Shown here: positions 24,478-35,176 of the stretch, piece after piece
Position numbering within the stretch: position 1 is the stretch's first letter
Layout: the number at the start of each line of letters is the position of its first letter
Assembly (NCBI GenBank): GCA_030167865.1
Contig: JALAGF010006663.1
Coordinates: 1 to 63,481 of the forward strand
Reading direction: 5' to 3'
DNA from: Craspedostauros australis
Lineage: Eukaryota
Length of the DNA: 63,481 bases
Program-made: the position numbers and the translations under genes
Notes under the pieces: generated by a model
Told to the model about the DNA's origin: nothing
The model's database searches: none
What the model saw: the letters and a program-made list of their open reading frames with translations, nothing else

Positions 24478-26794
24478 TGGCCATGGCAGAAAATCGCTCA
24501 GGTGTGCGGCCTTCGAGGTTCGTTCCGCCGGTCTGCGTCGGATTTTCCCCATTCGTCGACGTCTCGGCGGTCCGCTTGGGCTTCAAATCCATCAGGTCCA
24601 GCACGTCTGACGGAGCTCGCAATCGATGGGCCATTTGCCATGCCGTTTCCCCTCGATCGGTCAGAGCAGCTTTCGATGCTGGGTACAGTTGCAGGAGACG
24701 GGATAGTACATCCATCGACGCGCTTCCCAGGATCGCCATGTGTAGTGGCAGCTGGCCCATGGAGTCCATTGCTCGGCACAGCGACACCGAGGCCTGCGAT
24801 GGCGCGGCCTCTATCTTGGCAACCGCATCTGGTCCTTCTGCGGCTTGCCCGTGCTCGTTGTCGTGCCCTGGGACTGCGCCGTCTGCAGAGGCAAGCAAGA
24901 AGTTGATCACCGACAACGGGGCCTGCTGCAAGCATGCGAAATGCAACGGAGTGGAACCCTGATTGGATTTGGCATAGATCGAGTCCGGATTGAGTGAGAG
25001 AAGGTGCCGCAACACCGCGATGTCAGCGCCATTCTCGCATGCAAGATGGAGCGGCAGGTACCCATCCATATCGGCAACTGCGGCAGATTCCGGGTACTGT
25101 CGCAGCAACAGATCGACGCACTGCGCTGTCAGCAATACCATGCCGCTGCTGTTGTAGCCTGCAGCAGTGGACGCTGCGGACGGCAATGTTGCTAATAGTG
25201 GTGTTGCTGCTGCTGTTGCTGCTACGATTGACGAGGCCGGTGATCCCGCGCTACTCGCTTGCGCCTGCGGGTCATCGTTGGGATTCATCGGGAAGAGAGT
25301 GAGCATGTGCAGAGGGAGTCGTCCAAAAGCGTTTGCGGTGGATACCATCGCAGGATTCTCTTGACTCAAGAACTGCACCACTGATGGGCTGGCCTGATAC
25401 GAACAGGCGTAATGCAGCGGCGTGCCGACCCACACATCGCATTCATTCATTGCGTCCGGGTGCGCCCAGTGGCACGCCTCTATGGTCCTCGCTGTGCGGC
25501 TGTGCGTCGAGAGACAGCACAAGATGGATAGAGGGAACATGTGCATTGCAAAGTGCTCCTCCAGATGGTACCTGATGCGACACAGATCTGGGTACTTGGA
25601 TATGAACTGGTACACCGCCGTCTCGGAGTAGTATGCTGGTTTTGAATGCTGTCGAGAATGGGAATGGCTGTCACCTTGGCTGTGCGCATTGACGCTGTGA
25701 AGAGCGCCGCGATTGGAGGAGAAGGGTTGCTTATCCCACGGGTCAAAGTTGATCATCTCGACGAACTTGGATGCCAGCTGATGCAACGTGGAATCCGCCG
25801 GGATGTCATCGAAGAGGATCGGACCAGAGGGCGGAATGTCGTCATGGTTCGTGAGACTCAACGACTGCGCATTGGCCTCATCTCGCGCACCGGATGGTGG
25901 AGTACGTGCATCGTTCTGATTCTGATGCTGACGTTGACGCCCGCCATTCAAATCGTCTCCAAAATGTTCGTTGTGATCAGCAGCATCATGTTCCGTTTCG
26001 GTCTCATCTGCATTGTCTTCGTCGCAACCTTCTTCGATGCCTCCCAGCTTTTTGCTGATTCTGCCCCCAATGGGCATGGGTATCCTGGCAACGCCCATTC
26101 CCATTCCACCTCCCGCGGTGAACAAAGCCGATGACGTGGTATTCTGCTGCCCAACCTTTGATGCAGCCGATTGTTGTGATAGTTGCGATTGTTGTGGTTG
26201 TTGCAATGACACATCTTGGACAGGACTAGAATCCGAAGCAGGCACATCAGCTCTGTTGCCTTGGGTGGATACGGTAAGATTGCGAGAGCCATCAGCGACA
26301 TCATCGTCATCGCTGGCACGTTCTTCCTGCGCAGACAACGCATCTGGGGACTTTGCCAACATTGCGGCTGACGGATCCAACTGAGGTATTTGCCTCATGT
26401 CATTGTTCCCAGCAATGTCGGTGTTGCCTTGGCCATTCCGATTACCATTCCCATAATCCTGTTCGCGCTCATCATGAGATGCGTTGCTCCCTTCATCCAG
26501 CTGGGTTGAGCGGGAGGCTTCAGGTTTGTTTCCCATGGCAAGTTTGTCGCCATTCCCAGTCTCCATCGTCACGTGCACCCCCGACTCTGCAGTCCCCCGC
26601 ATCCCTGACTGTGAATGTTCTTTCGTGCGCTGCTTCTGATGTCGAAGCTGTCGATCATGTTTGCGGTCATCATGGTCGAAGCTATCGACTGCGGCTCCCT
26701 CGCCCCCGTCCATCCCCAAGCTGCTGCTCCCACTGTCGATCATGGCTCCTCTGTCAGCCACCACGGCCGACGTCTTGGAACTGCATCCCCCCAT
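24458..26794 (-). CDS. Ankyrin-repeat protein with predicted N-myristoylation/palmitoylation (MGGCSS), 778 aa
   Basis: Ankyrin cores GTPLHYAC, GRLPLHML, GYLPLHLAC, GSTPLHFAC, GQLPLHMAI, GETAWQMA; disordered N-terminal half. Confidence 0.9.
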   Translation of the reverse strand: MGGCSSKTSAVVADRGAMIDSGSSSLGMDGGEGAAVDSFDHDDRKHDRQLRHQKQRTKEHSQSGMRGTAESGVHVTMETGNGDKLAMGNKPEASRSTQLDEGSNASHDEREQDYGNGNRNGQGNTDIAGNNDMRQIPQLDPSAAMLAKSPDALSAQEERASDDDDVADGSRNLTVSTQGNRADVPASDSSPVQDVSLQQPQQSQLSQQSAASKVGQQNTTSSALFTAGGGMGMGVARIPMPIGGRISKKLGGIEEGCDEDNADETETEHDAADHNEHFGDDLNGGRQRQHQNQNDARTPPSGARDEANAQSLSLTNHDDIPPSGPILFDDIPADSTLHQLASKFVEMINFDPWDKQPFSSNRGALHSVNAHSQGDSHSHSRQHSKPAYYSETAVYQFISKYPDLCRIRYHLEEHFAMHMFPLSILCCLSTHSRTARTIEACHWAHPDAMNECDVWVGTPLHYACSYQASPSVVQFLSQENPAMVSTANAFGRLPLHMLTLFPMNPNDDPQAQASSAGSPASSIVAATAAATPLLATLPSAASTAAGYNSSGMVLLTAQCVDLLLRQYPESAAVADMDGYLPLHLACENGADIAVLRHLLSLNPDSIYAKSNQGSTPLHFACLQQAPLSVINFLLASADGAVPGHDNEHGQAAEGPDAVAKIEAAPSQASVSLCRAMDSMGQLPLHMAILGSASMDVLSRLLQLYPASKAALTDRGETAWQMAHRLRAPSDVLDLMDLKPKRTAETSTNGENPTQTGGTNLEGRTPERFSAMATREISA

Positions 26795-28143
26795 GATGCG
26801 ATGTCCTTCTGTGAAGTCCTTCTGTGATCTCCGATGACAGGAACAGATGATATGATGTGGCGAATGACTATAACCGAACCTTCGAATCCTTGCCGTGATC
26901 CCTCAGCAACGACAGACGCGTCGTCAATACAATTGGCAGTCCGCAACAATGCACCAATCGCCTAGTCGCACAGAGTAGCGAGGATGTATAGCAGTAGCGA
27001 GGATGTGTTGTAGTCCTATGCTGCCATGCCATGTGTTGATCTTCCAAGGAGGCGAATGTGCCTCTTCACGCAGTTCGCAGGTCGCACACCTCCGTCTGAC
27101 TCTCTTGTGTGTTTGTGCACATCGGTGTGTCTCTGTTGTGACACTTTTGGCTTTGTGCCAGTTTTGGCGGCAGATCCAGATGGGTACGACTTCTCCGACT
27201 AACATCGATCCAACCATCCACGATTTCGAATGTTGTTGACGACTGCGGACCGTTCAATTCACGGTCGGACGTCAGCCAATTGAACGGACACAACAGAACG
27301 ACCGGACCGTCTGAAGCCTTCTCATCGTGTTGTTGTTTCGCCATGTGTGTTCGCATTGCAGAACTGACACCAAAAGCCAATGATGTCGCCAAAGACCGGT
27401 CACATCAACGTTGGAATAACGCCACGTGTTGTGAATCCCAGAAAACAAACGAGCACGTTCCTCCAACGATGGCGAATGCAACAGCATGATTTCGTAGAAT
27501 CTCGGTACAAGTCCACATAGTAAAGAAACGTTGTTGTGACAGCGCACCGTTCGCCTCCGAACACACTCATTTCGCGCCGTTTCTCGCGCCGGCCATTCTT
27601 GGAAAGCCGGGCACGCTGTCGCCAAAGTCAATTCCCTTCACATTTTCAGTTGACACGCTGTTGTCCGCAAAACCAACTCAACACCTGACATCAACATCAA
27701 CAAATCGAAGCCACAACCAAGGACCAAATGTTCGTGTTCGCCAGTACCAATACTTACGCTGTGCGCCAGCAACAATGACGACAATGCTCTACTTCAACGA
27801 GATCCACAAAGAGAATTGCGTGGCGACAGCTCCAACTTCAACACTCGATCACGAGTGGAAAAGCGATCAGCAAAACGAAACGAGAAATGGAGAAGCAGTG
27901 GTATCAGTGTCGACGACACTCTTTTGTTGCCTATTATCGCGTCGGCATTAGCAGTCGCCACACAAACAACACGCAAACACAAGCGAGGATCTTCGATTCG
28001 AATCGACTTTCACTCTTCGCTCCTCCTTCATCTCACAATCCCAAATCTTGCAATCTCTGCAACGCTCAATCACAACAACAACCAGAGTACCAACAAGCAA
28101 TCTAACAACAACAACGACAACAACAACAACAGCAACAACCAAG

Positions 28144-29916
28144 ATGGATCCCCTTCAGCTCTTCAAGTCGGTGTACTCCACCACACTCCTCATCTTCTCG
28201 TTCGTCATCGTCTGCGGACTCATCTTCAACGAAGAGACCAAGGTCTCGTCCGAGGTCCACCCAGCCCTCGCCTTGGTCGTCATGATCGCCGCCCTCATCT
28301 GGCTCAACATGGTTGAGGGGGGACAGGGTTCCCTCGTCGGTCTCCCACCAGTCGACCGCGACCTCTACGTCGAATCCCATCCAACCAGCCACCAGTGCAC
28401 CTCCNNNNNNNNNNNNNNNNNNNNNNNNNNNNNNNNNNNNNNNNNNNNNNNNNNACAGGGTTCCCTCGTCGGTCTCCCACCAGTCGACCGCGACCTCTAC
28501 GTCGAATCCCATCCAACCAGCCACCAGTGCACCTCCCTTGCCCACAGGGGTGACAACCTCGACCGCTACCTCATGGGACGTCAGTTCATGGTCCTCCTCA
28601 TGGTCTTCACCATCAACCAGTGCGGTGCCCCGCTCGAAGATGCCGAGGTCTTCGGATTCCCAGACATCATGATCAAGATCTTCCTCGAGTCCGGAGTCGC
28701 CATGATTCTCATGACGGCCATGGCTGGACAGCTCAACTCCCAAGTCAATGCCTCCCTCTGCATGCTTGACTACATCAACAACTACTTCGCCGTCTTCACC
28801 CTCTATGTTGCCCTCGCCATCGAGTTCTCCGGACTTCTGCACTCGTGCTACCTCGTCCAGATGTTCTTCGTCTGGGTCTCCGGCAAGGAAATCGAGTCCA
28901 AGGAAGCACCACGCGACGGTGCCCAGAATGCCTTCTACTGGGGCCGCATCCTCATCTCCCTCGCCATCCTGTGCTACGCCATGACCGTCACCCTCGCCGC
29001 CCTCTTCGATGGAAAGACCACCATGTGGGACGGGGTGCCAAACGGAGTCGCCGTCATCCTCTTCTTCGTCTTCATGTCCATCGTCGGTATGCTCGAGGGT
29101 ATGCAGATCGCATTCTTCGCCGTCGCCAAGCTTCCAAAGGACGAGCGTGGAGACCACCCAATTGCCCGCAAGACTTGCGAACTTCTTTTCCGTGGAGAGG
29201 GACGCAACCTTCCAGGATTCATGATCGGCCGCCAAGTCTGCGTGACCATGTGCTTCTTCATCATCGCCCGTGTCACCACCCTCGATGTCGAGGTCGGAAC
29301 CGGCGAGAACATCTTCGATGTCTCTGACACCGCCCAAGAGTTCTTCAACACTGGACTTCTCGGAGCCCTCATCACCACCATCGTCGCCTCCATCACATGG
29401 CAGCTCGTCGCATCCGTCTTCCCAATCGCCTTCCTCTCCAACCCACTGGTGTACATCTTCCTCCGGATTTGTCTGGCCTTGGAAGCCACTGGTATCTGCT
29501 CCGGAGCCTGGGTTCTCGCTTCCATTCACAAGTCCATCTCTGGCTTCCAGCTCGATGAGGTGTACGTCGGTACCCCAGAGGAGCGCGCCGCCGGGTTGAG
29601 GCCAGACCACAAGAGCAACCGCAACCTGCACCTCGGAACCAACGTCCTCACCGGCGAAGCCGGAGCCGGAAAGGTCCCATCCGAGTACCTCGAGCTCCAG
29701 CGCGCCCTTGCCGTGCGCCCAGAGAGCTTCTCTTCCCGCCGCCAGCGCATCCTCACCAACATCACGACCATCCGCGAGAACATGAACAACACCGACGACA
29801 AGGACGACACCTCCAAGTACGAAGCCACCCTCCGCGTCCAGATCAACAACCTCCAGAAGCTCAACGCCGAAGAGGAGGAGGACATTGCCAACATCGGTTC
29901 CGAGATGCACGCCTAA
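28144..29916 (+). CDS. SIT: Diatom silicon transporter (~546 aa once the gap-flanking duplication is removed)
   Basis: Four GXQ motifs (EGGQ, GRQ, EGMQ, GRQ), CMLD motif, about 10 hydrophobic segments and a C-terminal coiled coil; extreme C-ending codon bias. Contains a 50-N assembly gap at 28405-28454. Confidence 0.97.
   Translation: MDPLQLFKSVYSTTLLIFSFVIVCGLIFNEETKVSSEVHPALALVVMIAALIWLNMVEGGQGSLVGLPPVDRDLYVESHPTSHQCTSXXXXXXXXXXXXXXXXXQGSLVGLPPVDRDLYVESHPTSHQCTSLAHRGDNLDRYLMGRQFMVLLMVFTINQCGAPLEDAEVFGFPDIMIKIFLESGVAMILMTAMAGQLNSQVNASLCMLDYINNYFAVFTLYVALAIEFSGLLHSCYLVQMFFVWVSGKEIESKEAPRDGAQNAFYWGRILISLAILCYAMTVTLAALFDGKTTMWDGVPNGVAVILFFVFMSIVGMLEGMQIAFFAVAKLPKDERGDHPIARKTCELLFRGEGRNLPGFMIGRQVCVTMCFFIIARVTTLDVEVGTGENIFDVSDTAQEFFNTGLLGALITTIVASITWQLVASVFPIAFLSNPLVYIFLRICLALEATGICSGAWVLASIHKSISGFQLDEVYVGTPEERAAGLRPDHKSNRNLHLGTNVLTGEAGAGKVPSEYLELQRALAVRPESFSSRRQRILTNITTIRENMNNTDDKDDTSKYEATLRVQINNLQKLNAEEEEDIANIGSEMHA
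28405..28454. other. Assembly gap (50 N) flanked by an identical 82-bp duplication
   Basis: 28323-28404 is identical to 28455-28536. Confidence 0.95.
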
Positions 29917-31139
29917 ACAGCATCCTGCGTACCTTCGCACTCCGTCCCAGAGACACCGACCCTCTGTCAAATCAATATTGAACATGTATCTTCTCCCCCA
30001 GCGGTTGTAAACTAAACCCAACTTACCAAACACATACTCAAACATTTACTAATGATGCCTTTCATGTCTCTCCTCAAAGAGAGTTGTGTGCAACGCTGAC
30101 GTCACCAGCTTGTCACAGCAAGGTCAACCAATCCTCACAAACCAAATCCCAAATGTGCGTCTCCTCAACACAGCTTCGAGCAGAGTACCCCGCTATGCAC
30201 GAATGCAGAGATTGGAGTGCGACTGTGTTCACCAATGGCTGATTCTTCACATCAAGGACACAGCCGTTACACCTGCACACACACACACTCTGTCTCCGGA
30301 GAGAATAGGACAATAGGTCGTCGTAAACCAGAGTTGCCTAACGTTCGAGTACGACCTGCAGATACCGGAAAATGCGTCGAGCCTGTAGGCGATAACGCTA
30401 GTGCCTCAAAGAGCCAGACCAAAAAATTGGCGATTTTTGGCTACAGTTGGCTACAGATTTTGGATCCATTTTTCCCGATCTCAGACTTAAAGTTGTAGAC
30501 ACTCAATCGAATATTTCCTTACATCTACATCTACGTAAACTTAAGACTCAGGGCTATCCAGGAAAGTAATAACATTGTCTTGTTGTTACTACCATCTCGT
30601 CGATCTTATTGTGTTTATTGATCCCCTTGGTGTGGTTTTGCCTTCGGACGTCGGACAGACCGGTTGTTTTTTGGATATCGTTGGCTACAGTTGGCTACAC
30701 GTAGAATTCTACAGGAGTCCGGTAGGATCTTGCCTCTTTTTTCGAGAAATTCGACCCTCCATCTTTGAAGTCTCCAGACTTAGCGGTCTTTGGCTCAATC
30801 TGTACAATAGATATCATTTCAGATTCCTCTCTCCGAGGCGGTCACAATAAGATGATCTATGCATTGTTGTATTGCTATGGTGTGTTGGTATGCTCGCGTT
30901 TAGTGCTCCCATGACAATCGGAATGCTGTTTGACCACTCGGATCCACTCTCGGAAGCATGTCTGAAAATTAATTTCCGTTATTCGCGTCATCATGACGTC
31001 ATGAGGAGGACGCAGCAACACGACTGCGACCATGGCAACAGCAACAGATGAAACACCAACAACAGGTGCAGCACCAGCTTTTCTCTAGCCCAACCGATAT
31101 CGTCCTCCTCTCTATCTACTCTCCACTGAACATCGCACC

Positions 31140-32535
31140 ATGAAGATCCGCCCTGAAAGCCACGTATCGAGTCCCTGTGGACCTCTTGTGACCTCTGGAA
31201 ACAGCAAGGGCAAGGTTCAAAGCATTCTGTATGGTGTTGTCCTCAAGTCTCTCCCCAAGAATCACTGGGTTGTGCACTGGCGTTCCATCAATGCAGTGTG
31301 TGGACATGCAGGCACCAAGCTGACTTTGTTTGACAAGACGCGAGTCGAATTGGACAGCAGCTGTGTCGAAGAGTTCATCTGTGCGCAGAGTGTTGGGAGG
31401 GGATCGGCGGAACTAGACAAGCACTACAAGACATTGTGGTACCATAACCCTGCCACAGCACATCCACGTTCAGCAACGCCTCTTATTCACACCACACCAA
31501 CGTCTCATCCCCAGGGAACAGCATCTTGACCAGTCATGGTGTGGACATGGACGTCCCCAACCAAAATACAGATAAGTCCAAGACAGGAATCTCGATGAAC
31601 AACAAGGATGATGCAGCAGATGACACCCATGGAACCTATGACTCCAGCAAAGGCGATTTGCTCACTGGGGACGAATTCGACTACGTCATGTGACGTGAAG
31701 AAGAGTCCCCAGGATACGTGCACATGGAGGAGAAGAACCAATTGATGGGTACAACAGTTCTGGTCGGCAAGCAAAAGAACGCATGGTCATGGACGGTGGT
31801 GGATGACAATTCAGTTGAACAGTGTGACAAAGAGCCTCAAGCTGAGCTTGGTGTTGCAGGTTTCGACTTTGACAAGAAATGCTTGCGAGACGACACCAAT
31901 CGTGACCGCATCAACCTCCTGGGACTGGTGCAACATCTATGGCCTGGCGATTGGAAACAACAAGTTGACACTTGCAACAGGCATATCATGGCAGGTGCAA
32001 TTGATGTTGGCGGCAGGCGGAACAATGAACCCGTGTCTGAGCGTGAACTGTGGGTGTTCTTTGGAATTATGCTCGTGGGCAAGCTTGATTCGACCACGAA
32101 GCTTTGGGGCGACAGGATGAATGAAGGTTTCTGTGAGGGCAGGAATGTCACGACACACATGCCTTTCCATTGCTTCCAACACATCCGCGAGCACTTCATC
32201 CCAAACTTGTTCTCAGACCCGGCCAGGCAACATGACAATAAGTGGTGGCAGATCCAACCTGGGGTGGAGTTGTTCAACAAGCGTTGGCGCGACACCATCA
32301 TTCCAGGCCAGGTACAAGTCATGGACAAAAGCATGACCACATACAAGCCCCATCTGTCGCCCACCGGAAACCTTCCCCATCTGACACACATTCCATGCAA
32401 GCCAGAACTGCTTGGGGTGGAGTTCAAAACCGTTGCCGATAGTGAAACCGGTATCATGCTCCGTTTAGAGATTCAACGCGGAAAGCGAGAGATGGACCAG
32501 GCCGATCATGTGAGAGATTGCGGAAAGGCAACTGT
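31140..32535 (+). mobile_element. Decayed piggyBac-type (DDE_Tnp_1_7-like) transposase, interrupted by an LTR-like repeat
   Basis: ELWVFFGIML, MPFHCFQHIR (MxxxRF motif), WWQIQPGVELFN, MDKSM (DESM motif), HIPCKPELLGVEFKTVAD (RKPxPxG) and MLRLEIQRGK. In-frame stops and a frameshift lie between 31527 and 31700. Confidence 0.85.
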
Positions 32536-33332
32536 TGTCGAGATGTACATGTGAGTATATGTCGAGATGTACGAGTATATGTGCATCGTTCACCCATTAT
32601 TCTCTCATACGCGCTTGGACGGTATAACTACATTCGTGTCAATAGTATGATGTGATTCGTCAGAATTACAGCGGAAATGGAACACACGAAAATGAGCAAG
32701 ATTTCTGGAGGAAATTTGCAAATGACGATTTCTGAGAGAATCAGAAGATCGTCCGTCCATCCATCAATGGTACCAAGAGAATCTCGAGGTACTTCCCAAC
32801 TAAACCTCAGATGACGATATCATCTGACAGACTCATGCATCACCAATGGAACGTGACATCTGGAGAGCAGAAGGACACCTACTGACGTCAACAGGATGTC
32901 ATCATGTCACCACATCAACATCTGTCTCCAAGTCAGAGCAGGAGGCGAAGATCCGATGACCGAAGGGCATCAGGATCATGGATACAGAAGGTGAACTTCA
33001 AATGGTGAGTACTCATGGAGTAGGAGCCAGTAGTGAATGAATGGAGTGTCGAATGCGGAGTATGCATCAAACACGGAGTATCGTGTAGCACGAACACACA
33101 ATGTTGAGAGAGAGAGAATACAGAGAAGAGCGAGAGAGAGAGCATCTCGCGTACCGACTCATAGTCGGAGACCGAATCTACGAAACAGATTGAAGCGCCG
33201 AGAGCATCGGGCAAGAGAACTGGTGTACACCAAGAGGATCAGAGTAACCAACTATTGAAATAGCAAACAAACAACTATCAACCAACACCATCTTCCACGA
33301 TCATAGATTACCGTGAGTGGAACTTGCCAACA
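32533..33332 (-). mobile_element. ~800-bp LTR-like dispersed repeat, copy 1 (TG...CA termini)
   Basis: Reverse complement matches 41951-42661 and 43417-43613. Ends read TGTTGTCG...GCCAACA; the inferred ancestral inverted termini are TGTCG/CGACA. No clean target-site duplication seen; strand is nominal. Confidence 0.75.
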
Positions 33333-35176
33333 CACCTTCCTGCCCTTTGGGGATTCCAGCGCTCTCCCTCCAACCAAGATCGACTCAGTCAAAACCAACG
33401 CAAACAGCCGAGGCAGCGACAAGAAACGAACTTGGCTAGGAGGGAACGAGCCAGATGATTCAAGGCAAGCTTGAAGGTGCTAGTAACCCTACCACCCAAT
33501 GCAAACAAAAGTTATGTGTCTATGGATTAGCCATCAGCGATGGTTTGGCTCCGCATCTTTGATTTTGGTGGGTTGCGGACTGTCATTGTTGCTGCCGTTG
33601 TTCTGTCTTTTGATGATCGTCTTCGCCTTTGTGACAGAATTTGTGAGTACGGTTGACTTTGGCGACAGCGTGTCATGCTTTCCAAGATTGCCCGGTGTGT
33701 CGTGCGACATCGTGTCTGGCCTAAATGGTCGTTGGATGCAAGATCCCAATACTGGGTCGATGTGGTCGAATGGACGCGCACGCTCGTTTGTGGGATCGGT
33801 CCTGCTCGGTGTCACATTTTGAGAGAGCGGAGTGATGCCGATCACAACAGATCCTCACATTGGTTGTGGTGAGAAAGATGTGTTGTGAACGAAACGGTGA
33901 TTGCCATGTGTGCGTGCATGCGCGCATGCGCCTTTCGCGCACTGGGGATATGCATGTGTAACAGTAGTGAGTCGCTGTTGGGCGACGAGTTGTTTGTCCG
34001 TTTGTCAGTCTGTCCTTTCTTGTGTTTGTGGTTTGTGTTGTGTCAGAGACGACCGTAGAAGTTTCTGACCAGTTGATGAAATGTGACTGTTCATGAGATG
34101 TGACCGTGGATGGAATCGGACCGTTGATGTAACACGAACAACAACAACAAACTCAGAAACCGATGAGCAGAATGTGATGGACCAACTCACAGCCGAATAG
34201 AGCAATGGAAGAATCAATCGGGCGATCCTGATGAGATGGCGTTGACAGAAATGGCATTTTCCTTACGATGGTGACTCCCGGTATTGCGGATCACCTCTTC
34301 CAGCCATTCATCTTGACGCAACAGGTGTTTTGCCGGTGATGTTGGCATCTGTCTCGACAAGTGCTTCCGCCGATCGTCTGCGTTTGGGGCAGCACAACCT
34401 TGTCGCAGGCGCTGTGATACGACGCCAGAGTCGAAAGAGTCATTGTATTGCTTTGATCGGTCGGATGTTCTGGAGGCGTTCCGACCCCAATTCCGTGATG
34501 AGATATTTGCTGCTACCAAGTGCATGGACTGGCCAAGCCTCGCCGATCCCGAGAACGCGTAGCTGTTGGTCAATAGCGGATACAAGAGCGAGGCATACAT
34601 GCGTGGAACAAGAAGGCAAAGGCGATAACCCGATGCTCTCATCGTCATTCGCACAAGGGCAGCGACAGACATCCGCTCACAGCTGCAAAACGACGACGTA
34701 GAGCGCGAGATCATTTGAGCAACGTGTGCAAGACGTACAACGAAACGCTGAAATGTTGCGACTCTGGCATCGTTTCGCGCCCCCGTGCGTTGCGTGATGG
34801 GTGATGCGGTCAGCATCTTGCGACGTCGAGGTGAGAGGCGATCACAGCGTGTGAAGCCGAAAGAGGATCGTCGTTTCGAAGTCGCAGCGGGAGCATGAGT
34901 ACAAGCCTTGCGACGCAGCAATGGTGATGGCTGTGCCTTTTGGTTGCGGCGTGCGGTTTTGTGATGGCAACAAGTTGTGAATAGAACCGTTATAAAACGT
35001 TCCATGTAAGTCTTCGAATAACATCAAGCGCGGTTTTTATCTCTCATTCTTCTTCCGCCCACCTCTTCAGTCTCTTCTTTCTTGACGGTATGTAGGGCAC
35101 CATCCTAATTCTACAATTCTACATTTTCGAGTATGATGCTATACCGTATTATAAATCAGTGCGTTTCATTCATGGT

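Noticed and set aside
28323..28536. Apparent internal duplication QGSLVGLPP...HQCTS in SIT
   Set aside because: 100% identical and abutting an N gap; an assembly overlap rather than a real protein repeat.
28102..30045. 647-aa antisense ORF over SIT (likewise 12347-13438, 59302-60654, 60700-62160, and the out-of-frame 12336-13346)
   Set aside because: Shadow ORFs: C/G-ending codon bias in the real gene avoids TTA/CTA/TCA, so few stops arise in alternative frames; no domain motifs.
30329..30338. CAGAGTTGCC as a hAT-like terminal inverted repeat
   Set aside because: No matching GGCAACTCTG partner or 8-bp TSD seen.
34200..34900. Coding-like + strand stretch with several stops (possible pseudogene)
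   Set aside because: No family motif I can name; not supportable without a search.
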